Below, piece after piece: positions 17,753-29,260 of a stretch of 64,000 bases of DNA. Position numbers and translations under genes: made by a program. The stretch comes from an uncultured Pseudomonadota bacterium (GTDB lineage Bacteria > Bdellovibrionota_C > UBA2361 > CALMIO01), in assembly GCA_937864035.1 (NCBI GenBank), contig CALMIO010000011.1:13957-77956 (forward strand), given 5' to 3'. Each line of letters begins with the position of its first letter. The first letter of the stretch is position 1. The notes under the pieces are model-generated. The model was not told the origin of the DNA and made no database searches. It saw only the letters and a program-made list of their open reading frames with translations.

Positions 17753-18949
17753 ATGGACTCGCAGATTTTAATATTAGCGCCGCAACCCTTTTTCGAACTT
17801 CGCGGCACCCCTTTAAATGTTCGGCTTATTTTAGAAACCCTCTCCGAAGCTGGTTATAGCTGTGATATCCTTGCTTACCCTTACGGTGAAACATTAAATA
17901 TTAAAAATATAAAAACCATCAGATCTTCCCGTTTGCCCTTCGTCAAAGAAGTTCCAATTGGTTTTTCTTATCGAAAATTCGCGCTTGATTTTTTATTCAT
18001 GCTCAAAGCCCTCTGGTTAATAATCAAAGGACGTTATCGGGTAATTCATGCGGTTGAAGAGAGCGCTTTCTTTGGTTGGATTTTAAAGCCAGTTAAAAAA
18101 TATAAATTCATCTACGATCTTGACTCTTCAATCTCTGAATCACTAGCCGAATCTAAAACTTTTGGAGCAAAATTCCTCTCAAAGATAGCTGTTTTTTTGG
18201 AAAAACTTGCGCTAAAAAATTCAGATCGCGCCATCACTGTCTGCCAAAGCTTAAGCGATAACGTTGCGCGAATCATTCCAACCAGTAGAATCTTACAGCT
18301 TGAAGACGCTCCGCTCAGCGATAACTTTGAGTTTGACGCGCGGCAAGCAGATCAAATAAGAAAAGGCTTTGCCGCCAACGGCAAATTTCTCTTTGTTTAT
18401 GCCGGCAACTTAGAGCCGATTCAAGGTTTAGAACTGCTGATGAGAGCGGCCAACATAGTAATTGCAAAAAACAACAAGGTAAGGTTTTTAATTATAGGTA
18501 GCGGATCTAAGAAAAGAACAAATTATCTTCTCTCTCTGGCAAAAGAACTGAAACTAGATAAACACTTTTTTTTCTTGGGCCCAAAACCTCCCCTTGAAAC
18601 AGCCGCCTATTATGGCGCCGCTGATGCCCTACTCTCACCTAGAATTTTCGGCAAAAACACCCCCTTAAAAATATACACCTACATGCAAACTGGCAAACCA
18701 ATTGTAGCCACCAACCTTGTAACCCACACTCAGGTATTAGACGATAAATCGGCAATATTAGCCGAAGCAACAGAGGAAAAATTCGCCGAAGCCTTGCTTT
18801 TCGCTGTCAACCACTACGAGACAGCTCTTGCCCGCGCCGCTCTGGCTCTGGAAAAATTTCAGGCAAAATACACAAGAGAAGAATTCAAACGGAAACTATT
18901 AAGCTTCTATCAAACTCTCTATCAACCTGACTCCCACTTTAACGGTTAG
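17753..18949 (+). CDS. Glycosyltransferase, family 4 (GT1-fold retaining)
   Basis: 398 aa. C-terminal GT1 domain (FVYAGNLEPIQGLELLMRAAN..., FLIIGSGSK, the E-x7-E region). Confidence 0.8.
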   Translation: MDSQILILAPQPFFELRGTPLNVRLILETLSEAGYSCDILAYPYGETLNIKNIKTIRSSRLPFVKEVPIGFSYRKFALDFLFMLKALWLIIKGRYRVIHAVEESAFFGWILKPVKKYKFIYDLDSSISESLAESKTFGAKFLSKIAVFLEKLALKNSDRAITVCQSLSDNVARIIPTSRILQLEDAPLSDNFEFDARQADQIRKGFAANGKFLFVYAGNLEPIQGLELLMRAANIVIAKNNKVRFLIIGSGSKKRTNYLLSLAKELKLDKHFFFLGPKPPLETAAYYGAADALLSPRIFGKNTPLKIYTYMQTGKPIVATNLVTHTQVLDDKSAILAEATEEKFAEALLFAVNHYETALARAALALEKFQAKYTREEFKRKLLSFYQTLYQPDSHFNG

Positions 18950-18978
18950 AGCTAGATAACCCCACACGCAAAAGATGG

Positions 18979-19542
18979 TTAATCGCCAATCGCCTTGAGA
19001 AAAGGAATAATTTTTCTAACAGAAAGCTTGCTTTTTTCTTTACTGACGACATTATCACTAGCGGCAGTTAAGTTAGCATTTAGAGAAGCGCTCTCAATCT
19101 CATCGGCCCTAGCGAAATTTGAATAACCCGAGCGGCGCAATATCAAATCAAGCTCACCACAAGCGGCGCTATAAGCTGAAGCCAGCGAATCTTTCTCAAA
19201 TAAGGCTTTTGCTTTAAGCGCTATATCTAAAAAAGATGCCGTACTAGCTATATTCAGAAAATGCAAATGCTCCTCAGCTAGCTCTCCGCGAAGCACAATA
19301 ACCTTTTGATGATAACGATCTCTGAGGGACATCAACTCTAAAGCGAATTTTTGACTTAGCGAGCCATCAAGAATCTGGCTTAGATCAAGAACCATACTAT
19401 GAAAAACCTCCTTGTAAGCCGCCAATTGAGCTTCTGGTAACTCTTTGGTTTGAGCGGCATGGTTAGAAGAATAGGCGCGAAGCAGTCTCTTGCTTTTAGC
19501 AAGCAAGGCGGTTATCGCTAGCTTTAATGTTTGCGATTCCAT
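18979..19542 (-). CDS. Hypothetical protein (about 187 aa, helical)
   Basis: The ORF track starts at 19608, but those first 22 codons (MSTLLGSRIFFKKNFKLIIIYN) come from AT-rich promoter-like DNA containing TATAAT. The Met at 19542 (MESQTLKL...) is the more likely start. No recognisable domain. Confidence 0.45.
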   Translation of the reverse strand: MESQTLKLAITALLAKSKRLLRAYSSNHAAQTKELPEAQLAAYKEVFHSMVLDLSQILDGSLSQKFALELMSLRDRYHQKVIVLRGELAEEHLHFLNIASTASFLDIALKAKALFEKDSLASAYSAACGELDLILRRSGYSNFARADEIESASLNANLTAASDNVVSKEKSKLSVRKIIPFLKAIGD

Positions 19543-19613
19543 ATTATAAATTATAATTAGTTTAAAGTTTTTTTTAAAAAAAATTCTCGATCCCAAAAGA
19601 GTCGACAATCTTT

Positions 19614-20450
19614 ATGTTATCGAATCCTACCAAAAAATCAAACAAAAAATCAAAAATTAGCAGTAATCTTTATATTGTGTTTTTACACATTTTTTATGGG
19701 CTTTTTTCAACCATTAATTTGCTAGCTATCGATCACCAAAAGCCAGTCGCCAACCACGCCGAAGCGGCTAACCCACTACTGCCCCTCATAAGCCAAACAA
19801 TCTACACCCAAACCGAAGATTATCTGGCAATCTCGTTCCCACAAGGTAAAATTGCTCTTGAAATTGACACAAGAAAAGAACTCGCAGTCGAAGATCGGTG
19901 TTTTCAAGCGATAGCTTGCATTAACGGCAATTTTTTTAGCGAAGATTTTAAACCCTTGGGTCTAGTCAAAAATAACTCATTATTACTCTCTCCGCTAAAA
20001 CATAACAGTAAACTTTTAAATGGAGTTTTTCTCTGGAATAACGCCAGCAGTCAAAATGGAGCCCAGCAAACTTTTAAACCACTAATCACAACTACTGAAG
20101 ATAGCGCTATACAAAACTATCACTTTGGCATACAAGCAGGACCATTGTTACTTTTAAAAGGAACTTTATTGCCCCTCAGCAAAGCGCAAAAAGAGAAGCG
20201 AGCCGAAAGAGCGGCCATCTGTCTGGCAGGAAAAGAGAAAATTACTTTTGTAGTATCTAAAAAAAGAATTCTACTTGAAGAATTCGCCAAATATCTAATT
20301 TTCTCTCTTAAATGTTCATCCGCTTTAAATTTAGATGGCGGCTCATCAACTCAACTTGTTGCAGCAAAAGAGATCGGAATCAGGCATTTCGGCAGAACAA
20401 ATGTTCCAGTTTTAATCAAAGTTCTACCAGCTAAAGAAAAAAAATCTTAA
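19614..20450 (+). CDS. Phosphodiester glycosidase family protein (NAGPA-like, exopolysaccharide-associated)
   Basis: 278 aa. Hydrophobic N-terminal anchor. The C-terminal ALNLDGGSSTQLV matches the conserved LDGGGSS motif of the phosphodiester glycosidase (DUF2233) family. Confidence 0.5.
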   Translation: MLSNPTKKSNKKSKISSNLYIVFLHIFYGLFSTINLLAIDHQKPVANHAEAANPLLPLISQTIYTQTEDYLAISFPQGKIALEIDTRKELAVEDRCFQAIACINGNFFSEDFKPLGLVKNNSLLLSPLKHNSKLLNGVFLWNNASSQNGAQQTFKPLITTTEDSAIQNYHFGIQAGPLLLLKGTLLPLSKAQKEKRAERAAICLAGKEKITFVVSKKRILLEEFAKYLIFSLKCSSALNLDGGSSTQLVAAKEIGIRHFGRTNVPVLIKVLPAKEKKS

Positions 20451-20461
20451 CAATGATTATT

Positions 20462-21217
20462 TTAAGAGACGCCGCTTGATGAGAGATTTGACACCTGCTC
20501 GCTTGTTTGCCCAAAGCGCCGCTCGCGGCGTTGATACTCCAAAAGACAATCACGAAATTCTGCCGCGCGAAATTCCGGCCACAATGTCGGAGTAAAAATA
20601 ATTTCAGCATAAGCCGATTGCCAGAGCAAAAAATTCGAAATCCGTTGCTCGTTGCTGGTGCGGATCAATAAATCCGGATCGGGAATACCAGCAGTATAAA
20701 GGTTTTGACTAATTAAATCTTCAGTTATATCACTCGGCAAAATCTGCCGATGTGCTATTAAAGAACCGATTTTTTGCATAGCTTGGCAGATTTCGCTTCT
20801 ACCGCCATAAGAGAGAGCTAAAATTAGATCTAATCGAGAACAATTTTTGGTCTGATTAGATACTTGCTCCAAAGCGTCTCTTGTTTCCTTTGGCAGTTTT
20901 TCCAATATTCCAATAGCTCGCAACCGAATGTTATTTTTCAATAGAGTCTCTTGTTCTCTTAAAAAGCTCTCCGCAAGCAAATTCATCAAACCAGCTACCT
21001 CCTCCGCGCTCCTGCGCCAATTTTCAGTTGAAAAGGCGTAAAGAGTCAGATAACGCACCCCCAAACGAGCCGCTTCTTCGGTAATCTCTCTGACACTTTC
21101 GACTCCGGCCGTGTGTCCAAAAATTCTTGGTTGTTTTTTCTCCTTCGCCCATCTACCGTTACCATCCATAATGATAGCAACGTGCTTTGGCAGAGAATGA
21201 AACTGATTATCTTTCAC
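20462..21217 (-). CDS. uppS: Ditrans,polycis-undecaprenyl-diphosphate synthase
   Basis: HVAIIMDGNGRWA and YLTLYAFSTENWRR signatures. 251 aa. Last gene of the rpsB-tsf-pyrH-frr cluster. Confidence 0.9.
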   Translation of the reverse strand: MKDNQFHSLPKHVAIIMDGNGRWAKEKKQPRIFGHTAGVESVREITEEAARLGVRYLTLYAFSTENWRRSAEEVAGLMNLLAESFLREQETLLKNNIRLRAIGILEKLPKETRDALEQVSNQTKNCSRLDLILALSYGGRSEICQAMQKIGSLIAHRQILPSDITEDLISQNLYTAGIPDPDLLIRTSNEQRISNFLLWQSAYAEIIFTPTLWPEFRAAEFRDCLLEYQRRERRFGQTSEQVSNLSSSGVS

Positions 21218-21290
21218 AAACTAAAACAACTTATCCCAAACCGACAGCAACAATATTTAACGAAATAGAATCTTTTAAAAAGATAAAAGC

Positions 21291-21842
21291 TCAAACCTCC
21301 ATCAACTCTTTCTCTTTCTCGGCAAGCAGGTTATCAATCTGACCAACAAAATTATCGCAGATTTTTTGAATCTGATCCTGTTTTCTTTTGCTTTCATCCT
21401 CGGAGACCTTTTTATCTTTCTCAGCCTTTTTTAAAACATCTATCGACTCGCGCCTATGATTTCTAAGCGCAACCCGATTAACTTCGGCATCTGATTTTGC
21501 TTGCTTAACAAGCTCCCGGCGCCGTTCTTCAGTTAGTGGCGGTATATTTATCCTAATAATTGCCCCATCTTTGGCTGGATTCAACCCTAATCCAGAATTA
21601 CGGATCGCCTTTTCAACCGCATCAATCGCTCCAGCATCATAAACCTGCACAACAATCGTTCGTGAATCCTGAGCGGTCACATGCCCCAATTGAATCAATG
21701 GAGTTTGCGCTCCGTAATAATCAACAACTATCCCATCAAGCAGGGTGGCGCTAGCGCGACCACTGCGCAAGCGCGCCAGCTCTTTTTTAAAGTGCTCTAA
21801 AGTCTGCTTACATTTGTTTTCAAGCTCCTTAAGATTGTCCAT
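21291..21842 (-). CDS. frr: Ribosome recycling factor
   Basis: 183 aa with full-length RRF similarity (RSGRASATLLDGIVVDYYG, NIPPLTEERRRELVK). Confidence 0.95.
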   Translation of the reverse strand: MDNLKELENKCKQTLEHFKKELARLRSGRASATLLDGIVVDYYGAQTPLIQLGHVTAQDSRTIVVQVYDAGAIDAVEKAIRNSGLGLNPAKDGAIIRINIPPLTEERRRELVKQAKSDAEVNRVALRNHRRESIDVLKKAEKDKKVSEDESKRKQDQIQKICDNFVGQIDNLLAEKEKELMEV

Positions 21843-21911
21843 GTGAATCTATAAAAGTTTTTAAAAATTACTTTCTCGAAATTCTAACAAAAAAAATAAC
21901 AGTAGAGAACA

Positions 21912-22622
<711 letters not shown>

Positions 22623-22692
22623 CTAATCAAATATATTTAGCGACAAATGCACTACCGACAAAGATCAACTTAGTTAAACAAAAAAATACAAT

Positions 22693-23349
22693 CTAGCCAG
22701 CAATAGTCGCGGCGACCTCTTCAGCAAAATTGCTAGCCGCTTTTTCTATTCCTTCACCAACCACTAAACAGGTAAAACGTCTTAAAGTAATCTTTTCTCC
22801 AAGTTTAGCGCTAAGATTGTTAATAAGATCGACAACTTTTTGCGAACCCTTTTCATCTTTAACATAAGGTTGCTCAAGCAGGACGTTCTCGCCGTAAAAA
22901 GCCGCTAGTTTGCCGGGAAGTATTTTGTCAGCTTTATCTTTAGCAGCCGCACCAAGTTGTTCAAGAATAATCTCTTTTTCCTTCTCAATAACCTCCGCCG
23001 GAATATCCTCTATCGAGAGATATTTTGGGCGCATTGCCGCAACTTGCATGGCAATATCTTTAGCAAGTTGTTTAAACTCCTCGCCACGAGCAACAAAATC
23101 TGTTTCGGAATTCAACTCAACAACAGCAACAATCTGATCACCCGGATGAACATAAACCCCAAGAGTTCCCTCAGCGGCAACTTTGCCGGCTCGTTTCCCA
23201 ACATTTTTCAAACCCTTCTTACGAAGAATTTCAACAGCCAGATCAAAATTGCCTTTAGCCTCTGCCAAAGCAGACTTACAATCCATCATACCAGCCCCCG
23301 TCATGTCACGGAGTTTTTTAACAGCTTCCGCCGAAATATTTTCACTCAT
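22693..23349 (-). CDS. tsf: Elongation factor Ts (short form)
   Basis: 218 aa. N-terminal UBA-like VKKLRDMTGAGMMDCKSALAEAKGNFDLAVEILRKKG. Confidence 0.9.
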   Translation of the reverse strand: MSENISAEAVKKLRDMTGAGMMDCKSALAEAKGNFDLAVEILRKKGLKNVGKRAGKVAAEGTLGVYVHPGDQIVAVVELNSETDFVARGEEFKQLAKDIAMQVAAMRPKYLSIEDIPAEVIEKEKEIILEQLGAAAKDKADKILPGKLAAFYGENVLLEQPYVKDEKGSQKVVDLINNLSAKLGEKITLRRFTCLVVGEGIEKAASNFAEEVAATIAG

Positions 23350-23404
23350 AACTAAATCTTTTATTTCTTCAATAATCCAGATTACTATTACAACAGAATA
23401 TTAG

Positions 23405-24403
23405 CTAACTATTAACGCCAACCTCAACAGAAGGTTGCTTAGAAGATCCGCGCCTAGCGCCGCGTTGACCAGAATTTGCCAAGCCAGCGCCCCCGCTTTT
23501 AGCTCCTTCCAGCTCTCTAGCCGCTAAGACAGCATTGCGTAGAGCCCGACCCTCACTAATACAATCAGCAACTGCCTGCATCAACAGAGTAACAGTACGA
23601 GAGGCATCATCATTGGCTGGAATAGGAAAATCAATAATATCCGGATCAGAATTTGTGTCAATCAAAGCCATTACCGGAATCTTTAATTTACGAGCCTCAG
23701 CTACCGCAATCTCCTCTTTGACGGTATCAACAACAAACACCAGATCAGGAACGCGGCGCATATTGCGAATACCTTCAAGATTCAATTTCAGCTTATCAAG
23801 CTCCTTTTTCAGAGTTAATCGCTCTTTTTTGCTTATCTTTAACTTACTATCAGGTTGCTCAGCTTTATGCAGGAAATCTTCGAGCTTAGACATTCTCTCG
23901 ATTGACTTGCGTATAGTTTGAAAATTCGTCAGGCATCCGCCAAGCCATCGTTTATTAACATAAAAAGCCCCACAACGGCGCGCCTCCAATTCAACAATTG
24001 GGCCAACCTGTTGTTTAGTACCAACGATTAAAACCTCTCCCCCTTGAGAGACAAGATCAATTAAAGCTTTTTTAGCTCGTTCCCAAAATTTGACGGTCAG
24101 ATCCAAATTGATAATATGAATATTGTTTTTTGCCCCAAAAATATAAGGGAGCATTTTAGGATTCCATTTGGCGCTTTGATGTCCAAAATGAGCTCCTGCT
24201 TCGATTAAAGTTTTAACGTTAATAACAGCTTTGTCGCGCGGAGCGATTTCAAGCGGAGAATTTGATTGAGTCTGTTGGTTTGATTGATTTTTATCCGAAT
24301 CAACGCCTACGCTTAGGGAAGGATTATTTTCAACTTTAGCAACGTTTTCCGAATCTACAAAAGCAGAATCTTCCAGAGTTTTATCTTGTTTATTATTTTT
24401 CAT
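23405..24403 (-). CDS. rpsB: 30S ribosomal protein S2 with an about 55-aa N-terminal Q/N/S-rich extension and an about 45-aa C-terminal Gly/Arg-rich extension
   Basis: Core INVKTLIEAGAHFGHQSAKWNPKMLPYIFGAKNNIHIINL... is canonical S2. At 332 aa it is about 80 aa longer than typical. There is no alternative in-frame ATG before the core, and an in-frame stop lies immediately upstream of the annotated ATG. Confidence 0.9.
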   Translation of the reverse strand: MKNNKQDKTLEDSAFVDSENVAKVENNPSLSVGVDSDKNQSNQQTQSNSPLEIAPRDKAVINVKTLIEAGAHFGHQSAKWNPKMLPYIFGAKNNIHIINLDLTVKFWERAKKALIDLVSQGGEVLIVGTKQQVGPIVELEARRCGAFYVNKRWLGGCLTNFQTIRKSIERMSKLEDFLHKAEQPDSKLKISKKERLTLKKELDKLKLNLEGIRNMRRVPDLVFVVDTVKEEIAVAEARKLKIPVMALIDTNSDPDIIDFPIPANDDASRTVTLLMQAVADCISEGRALRNAVLAARELEGAKSGGAGLANSGQRGARRGSSKQPSVEVGVNS

Positions 24404-24705
24404 AAATTATTTTTATCTTAGTTAAACCTCCTCGCGGCAAAATAACCGCCTTGTTGAAAACAATACCCAACAAAATTCAGCCCGATAAAACATTAACCCG
24501 GCAAAGTTTAGATAGAGCAAAGTTAACAACAAGATGCACTAAGATTTATGTGCCGCAAGTGTGAATTCTCAAGCTTTAGGGATTAAAATAGCCCTAAATA
24601 TAGAGGAATTTATTATACTAAAATTAAATCAAGAAATAAAGAGCAGATTCGATAAGAATTTATTAGGTAGAAAAGTTTTTAAAATACCCACTAGGACAAT
24701 ACAAA

Positions 24706-27354
24706 CTAATCCAACGTAGCCGCAGTTTCCTGAATCTCATAAGACTCAAAAATATCACCAACTTTAATATCGTTATACCCCTCCAAAGAAATACCACATT
24801 CAAAACCAGCGGCAACTTCGCGGGCATCATCTTTAAATCTCCGCAAACTCGATATTTTACCACCTTCTAAAATAGCAACTCCATCACGAATAATTCGAAT
24901 CAACGATTGCCGCTTAACAAAACCGGAAGAAACATAACAGCCAGCTATTGTCCCAACTTTAGACATCTTAAAAATCTCTCTAACCTCAATTCTGCCATGA
25001 GCTAACTCGCTCTTAATCGCCGGCAGTAAGCCAGCCATAGCTAGCTTAACATCATCTAATAGCTCATAAATAATTCTATAAAAACGAACCTCAACGCCGC
25101 TAGCTTCCGCCATCGCTTGAGCTTTAGGATCAGCCCTAACGCCAAATGCTAAAATAATCGAGCGCGAAGCCATCGCCAGCTGAACATCGCTCTCACTGAC
25201 AGCGCCAACAGCTGAATGAACAATCCGCACTTTGACTTTAGGGGTTGAAAGCTGTTCCACTGAAGTGCGCACTGCTTCCGCTGAACCAGCCACATCCGCT
25301 TTAAGAATAATCGGCAATTCATAACTATCTTCAGTAGTGGCACGCTTGGCAAACTCTTCGAGCGAAATCGGACCGCTCGCCAACATTCTCTCACTAGTCA
25401 ACTTGCGTTGCTGACGATTAAATGATATCTCTTTTGCCGCCGCTTCCGATTCAACAACTATAAAATCATCACCAGCTGATAAAATTCCGGACAAACCGGT
25501 AATTTCAACCGGAATCGATGGCCCAGCAGTGTGAAGCTTACGTCCCTGACTATCAACCATCGAACGCACTCTACCCGAATGAACCCCAGCTACAAATATA
25601 TCTCCAATCTTTAAAGTTCCATCAGCAACTAAAATAGTAGCCACGTTCCCTAATCCCTTTTCGGGACGAGATTCAATTACGGTGCCCCGCGCTCGTTTAT
25701 TAGGGTTAGCTTTTAAACCTTTAATATCGGCTTGCAAGGCAATGCCTTCTAAAAGCTCGTCAATACCATCGCCTCTTAAAGCGGATACATTAAAAAACAG
25801 CGTATCCCCGCCCCACTCTTCCGGCTGTAAACCATGCTCGGCGAGTTGAGTTTTAATTTTATCCGGATTAGCTCCAGTCTTATCGATTTTATTGACCGCA
25901 ACAATTACCGTAACTCCTGCCGCTTTGGCGTGATTGATAGCTTCTATCGTTTGCGGCATTACCCCATCATCAGCCGCTACCACCAAAACAACCACATCAG
26001 TTACTTTAGCTCCGCGTGCACGCATCGCCGTAAACGCCGCATGGCCCGGAGTATCAATAAAAGTTACCGAGCGCTTATCGCCAAGCTCAACATTGTAAGC
26101 TCCAATGTGCTGAGTTATGCCACCATGCTCTTTGGCGGCAACCGAAGACTTTCTAATATAATCCAACAAAGAGGTTTTACCGTGATCAACATGCCCCATT
26201 ACAGTCACCACTGGCGGTCTTGTAACTAAATCTTCAGAGGAGCTCTCTGGTTCCGCTTGGATCGCGATACTCTCGTCAAACGTAGTCGATTGAATTTCAT
26301 GACCCAAACTTTCAACAACCACCTCAGCCGTATCATAATCAACCGCCTGATTAACGGTTGCCATAACACCAAATTCCATTAGCTTAGCAACAACTTCGGC
26401 CGCTTTTAAGCTCATCTGCTTGGCTAAATCTCCAACCAAAATTGATTCCCCAACTTTGACAACTCGCTTGACCGGCTTCTGCCTTTCAGCCGCCACGTCT
26501 AATCTGCCAGATTGGGCGGCGTCTTCGCGAGCAAGGGATTTTAAGCCCGATCGACCGCTAGGGCGTTTAAACGCCCTTCCCGAGTAATCAACCAGATCAC
26601 TCCCGCTAATCTCTCGTTTGCGAATCGATTTTTTAAGAACTCTCTTTGCCTCTTCGTCCTCCTCTTTCAGAACCTCCTGCACAACAGCCGCTCGATTAAT
26701 GACCTTTACCCCAACCTGAGACCCAGTCGAGCGTTGTTCAATTTTTGAACTTGGAAGATCAATCTTACCAAGAATTTTTGGACCTATTCTACTAACCGCT
26801 AGGTTGCCACCATCGTTTAGATTGCTATCTTCAAAAGTAGGCTGATTGTGATTAACAACAGATTGATCGTCAGCCGCGAAATTTTTAACATCCTCTTTAG
26901 CAAAATCGCTATTAACTTCGTCCGCGGCAACCCGCTCCGAGCCAGAAGTTGAATATGATATATTTTCGGATGTCGATTTAGACTCATTCTCAGATTCAGG
27001 CGCGTTAGAAACAAAAAGACTATCGGAAGCGGCAGTCAGCAGATCAGCCGAAGCCGTTTCATCAGTCGCAGTCTTGCGGCGGCGAATAACATTGCCAACC
27101 CTTTTTTCTACTAGCTTTTCAGTCTCTCCGGTTTCTCTATCAACTCTAGATGTTAGCTGTTCTCTAGCCGAGCCAACGGCTGCTCCCCCCATAACTTGCC
27201 GAATAATCTCTTTGCGAAGCTTTTCTGCCTCCTCAACATCAATCGAACTTGAATGGGAGCGCTTCGCAAACCCAAGCGAACTAGCCATAGAAAGCACTAT
27301 AGCATTATCAACGCCAAGCTCTTTTGCTAACTCATAAACCCTCAGTTTAGCCAT
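24706..27354 (-). CDS. infB: Translation initiation factor IF-2
   Basis: 882 aa. N-terminal [15 protein letters not shown]. GTPase domain ([30 protein letters not shown]). Confidence 0.95.
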   Translation of the reverse strand: MAKLRVYELAKELGVDNAIVLSMASSLGFAKRSHSSSIDVEEAEKLRKEIIRQVMGGAAVGSAREQLTSRVDRETGETEKLVEKRVGNVIRRRKTATDETASADLLTAASDSLFVSNAPESENESKSTSENISYSTSGSERVAADEVNSDFAKEDVKNFAADDQSVVNHNQPTFEDSNLNDGGNLAVSRIGPKILGKIDLPSSKIEQRSTGSQVGVKVINRAAVVQEVLKEEDEEAKRVLKKSIRKREISGSDLVDYSGRAFKRPSGRSGLKSLAREDAAQSGRLDVAAERQKPVKRVVKVGESILVGDLAKQMSLKAAEVVAKLMEFGVMATVNQAVDYDTAEVVVESLGHEIQSTTFDESIAIQAEPESSSEDLVTRPPVVTVMGHVDHGKTSLLDYIRKSSVAAKEHGGITQHIGAYNVELGDKRSVTFIDTPGHAAFTAMRARGAKVTDVVVLVVAADDGVMPQTIEAINHAKAAGVTVIVAVNKIDKTGANPDKIKTQLAEHGLQPEEWGGDTLFFNVSALRGDGIDELLEGIALQADIKGLKANPNKRARGTVIESRPEKGLGNVATILVADGTLKIGDIFVAGVHSGRVRSMVDSQGRKLHTAGPSIPVEITGLSGILSAGDDFIVVESEAAAKEISFNRQQRKLTSERMLASGPISLEEFAKRATTEDSYELPIILKADVAGSAEAVRTSVEQLSTPKVKVRIVHSAVGAVSESDVQLAMASRSIILAFGVRADPKAQAMAEASGVEVRFYRIIYELLDDVKLAMAGLLPAIKSELAHGRIEVREIFKMSKVGTIAGCYVSSGFVKRQSLIRIIRDGVAILEGGKISSLRRFKDDAREVAAGFECGISLEGYNDIKVGDIFESYEIQETAATLD

Positions 27355-27366
27355 ATCTATCCAACC

Positions 27367-27657
27367 TCAAACTATCGATCCCCAGTTTAACACCTCTTTG
27401 AGCAGAGATTCAAACTTAATCGGATCTATCACTTCACTTTTAAGCTTAAGCATCCTAGCAACTTGAGCAGGCTTAAGTTTACTTTTACCACCAACACAGA
27501 TCGCCGCCGAATGGAAATAAACACCCCGCCCGCCAAATTTACCAAGACGATCAATCATTAACTTGCCCTGATTCTTATTATAAACAACCCTTAAAAGCTC
27601 CTCCTTAAAAACAGCGCGCCCACAAAATAAACATTTTCTTAAAGAGCGTTTCGCCAT
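27367..27657 (-). CDS. ylxR: YlxR/DUF448 family RNA-binding protein (nusA-infB operon)
   Basis: 96 aa. RKCLFCGRAVFKEELLRVV and GRGVYFH motifs. Sits in the canonical position between nusA and infB. Confidence 0.75.
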   Translation of the reverse strand: MAKRSLRKCLFCGRAVFKEELLRVVYNKNQGKLMIDRLGKFGGRGVYFHSAAICVGGKSKLKPAQVARMLKLKSEVIDPIKFESLLKEVLNWGSIV

Positions 27658-27707
27658 TTATCGACTTATTTGTTATCTGTCAAACACAAGTTGAAAAATT
27701 AAAAACC

Positions 27708-29219
27708 CTATGAACGCTCCCTACCTCGCCTGCCGGCATAAACCGGAGCGGTCTTAAGAAACGTATCAAGCGCGTCCTTAACAACCGACAACTGATTCTC
27801 GTCAATGCCAGCTTGAGCAAGCAGTTCATCATCTGAAAGTTCAGTCAGCCTCTGAATCGTCAACAATCCTCCTTTAACCAGTTTTTCGCGCAACTCTGGT
27901 CCAATAACTAATAGATGAATATCGCTAGCGACCGCATCAACCTCTGGTTCAGAATTACCTCTATCTTCAAGCTGTTTTTCATACTCAGCTTGGGCATCGG
28001 CTAATATTTTTGCGGCATGCTCAGCGGTCATACCATCAATGCTCTCCATTAACTCATCAACAGTGACAGCGGCAACCTCTTTGATACTCCTAAAACCAGC
28101 CTGATAAATTCTTTCAGCTTCAGCAAAATCAATTCCCGGAATAGTTTCAATCGAAGCTCTCGCTCGCTTAGCTTCTTCCTCAGCCATCGTAACGCTACGA
28201 ACATCAATTCGCCAACCGGTTAACTTGCTCGCAAGCTTCACGTTTTGACCCCGACGACCTATCGCTAACGAAAGTTGATCATCCGGAACAACTACCTCTA
28301 TTGAATGATTAGTATCATCTAAAACAACTCGCGAAACCTGAGCCGGAGTAAGAGACAATGAGCGCGCTACAAATGATGGCTCATCAGCTGTCCACGTGAC
28401 TATATCAATTCGCTCGCCCCTAAGCTCCTGAACAACAGCCTGCACCCGAGAACCCTTAACACCAACGCAAGCGCCTACCGGATCGAGAGAGGAATCATTG
28501 GAATGAACCGCTATCTTTGCCCGCTCACCGGGTTCACGAGCGATCGCTTTAATCTCGATAACTCCCTCCTGAATTTCTGGAACCTCCGCCGTAAAAAGTT
28601 TTCTTAAAAATTCCGGATGACTACGGGTAATAATAATCTGCGGACCGCGAGCGGTAGGATCAATATCTAAAATCATCCCGCGCACTCGATCTCCTTGACG
28701 ATAACGCTCTTTAGCAATCTGCTCTCTTTGGGGCAAAATAGCCTCAGTTCGGCCTAGATTAACAATCAAGTTACCCCTATCATAACGTTGAACAATCCCG
28801 CTAATAATCTCGCCCTTTGATCCTTTATACTCCTCAAAAATCGCTCCCCTCTCGGCATCCCTGACCTTTTGCATAATAACTTGCTTCGCCGTTTGCGCGG
28901 CTATCCTTCCTAGCCCATCGGTATTCAACTTGCGCCCGAGCTCGTCTCCAACCATCGCTTCTGAATCAAACTCGCGGCGAGCGTCAGCCAGCGAAATCTG
29001 AGTGTCAGAATCTTCAACCTCATCAACCACTATCTTAAATTCGATAATCTCAACCTCGCCGCTCTCCTCATTAAATTTACTCTCAAGATTGCGGCCATGA
29101 CCGAAATGCCGTTTGGCGGCGGAGAGAACCGCCGATTCAATAGCTTGAACAATCAATTGACGCTCAATTCCTTTATCTTTAACTATCTGATTTATAACGC
29201 TTACTAATTCATTTGCCAT
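27708..29219 (-). CDS. nusA: Transcription termination/antitermination factor NusA
   Basis: 503 aa with an N-terminal domain, S1, KH1/KH2 (SLAIGRRGQNVKLASKLTGWRIDV) and a C-terminal helix-hairpin-helix acidic repeat. Confidence 0.95.
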   Translation of the reverse strand: MANELVSVINQIVKDKGIERQLIVQAIESAVLSAAKRHFGHGRNLESKFNEESGEVEIIEFKIVVDEVEDSDTQISLADARREFDSEAMVGDELGRKLNTDGLGRIAAQTAKQVIMQKVRDAERGAIFEEYKGSKGEIISGIVQRYDRGNLIVNLGRTEAILPQREQIAKERYRQGDRVRGMILDIDPTARGPQIIITRSHPEFLRKLFTAEVPEIQEGVIEIKAIAREPGERAKIAVHSNDSSLDPVGACVGVKGSRVQAVVQELRGERIDIVTWTADEPSFVARSLSLTPAQVSRVVLDDTNHSIEVVVPDDQLSLAIGRRGQNVKLASKLTGWRIDVRSVTMAEEEAKRARASIETIPGIDFAEAERIYQAGFRSIKEVAAVTVDELMESIDGMTAEHAAKILADAQAEYEKQLEDRGNSEPEVDAVASDIHLLVIGPELREKLVKGGLLTIQRLTELSDDELLAQAGIDENQLSVVKDALDTFLKTAPVYAGRRGRERS

Positions 29220-29260
29220 AATTTATCTCAAAATTACAAAGAAAATAATTAACCTTATTC

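Noticed and set aside
24404-24705. 300-bp spacer between infB and rpsB examined for rbfA/truB/rpsO remnants or an S2 leader structure
   Set aside because: There is no ORF and no similarity to the repeat family. Only a short GGCGG...CCGC hairpin near the rpsB RBS was seen, which is insufficient to call a regulatory element.
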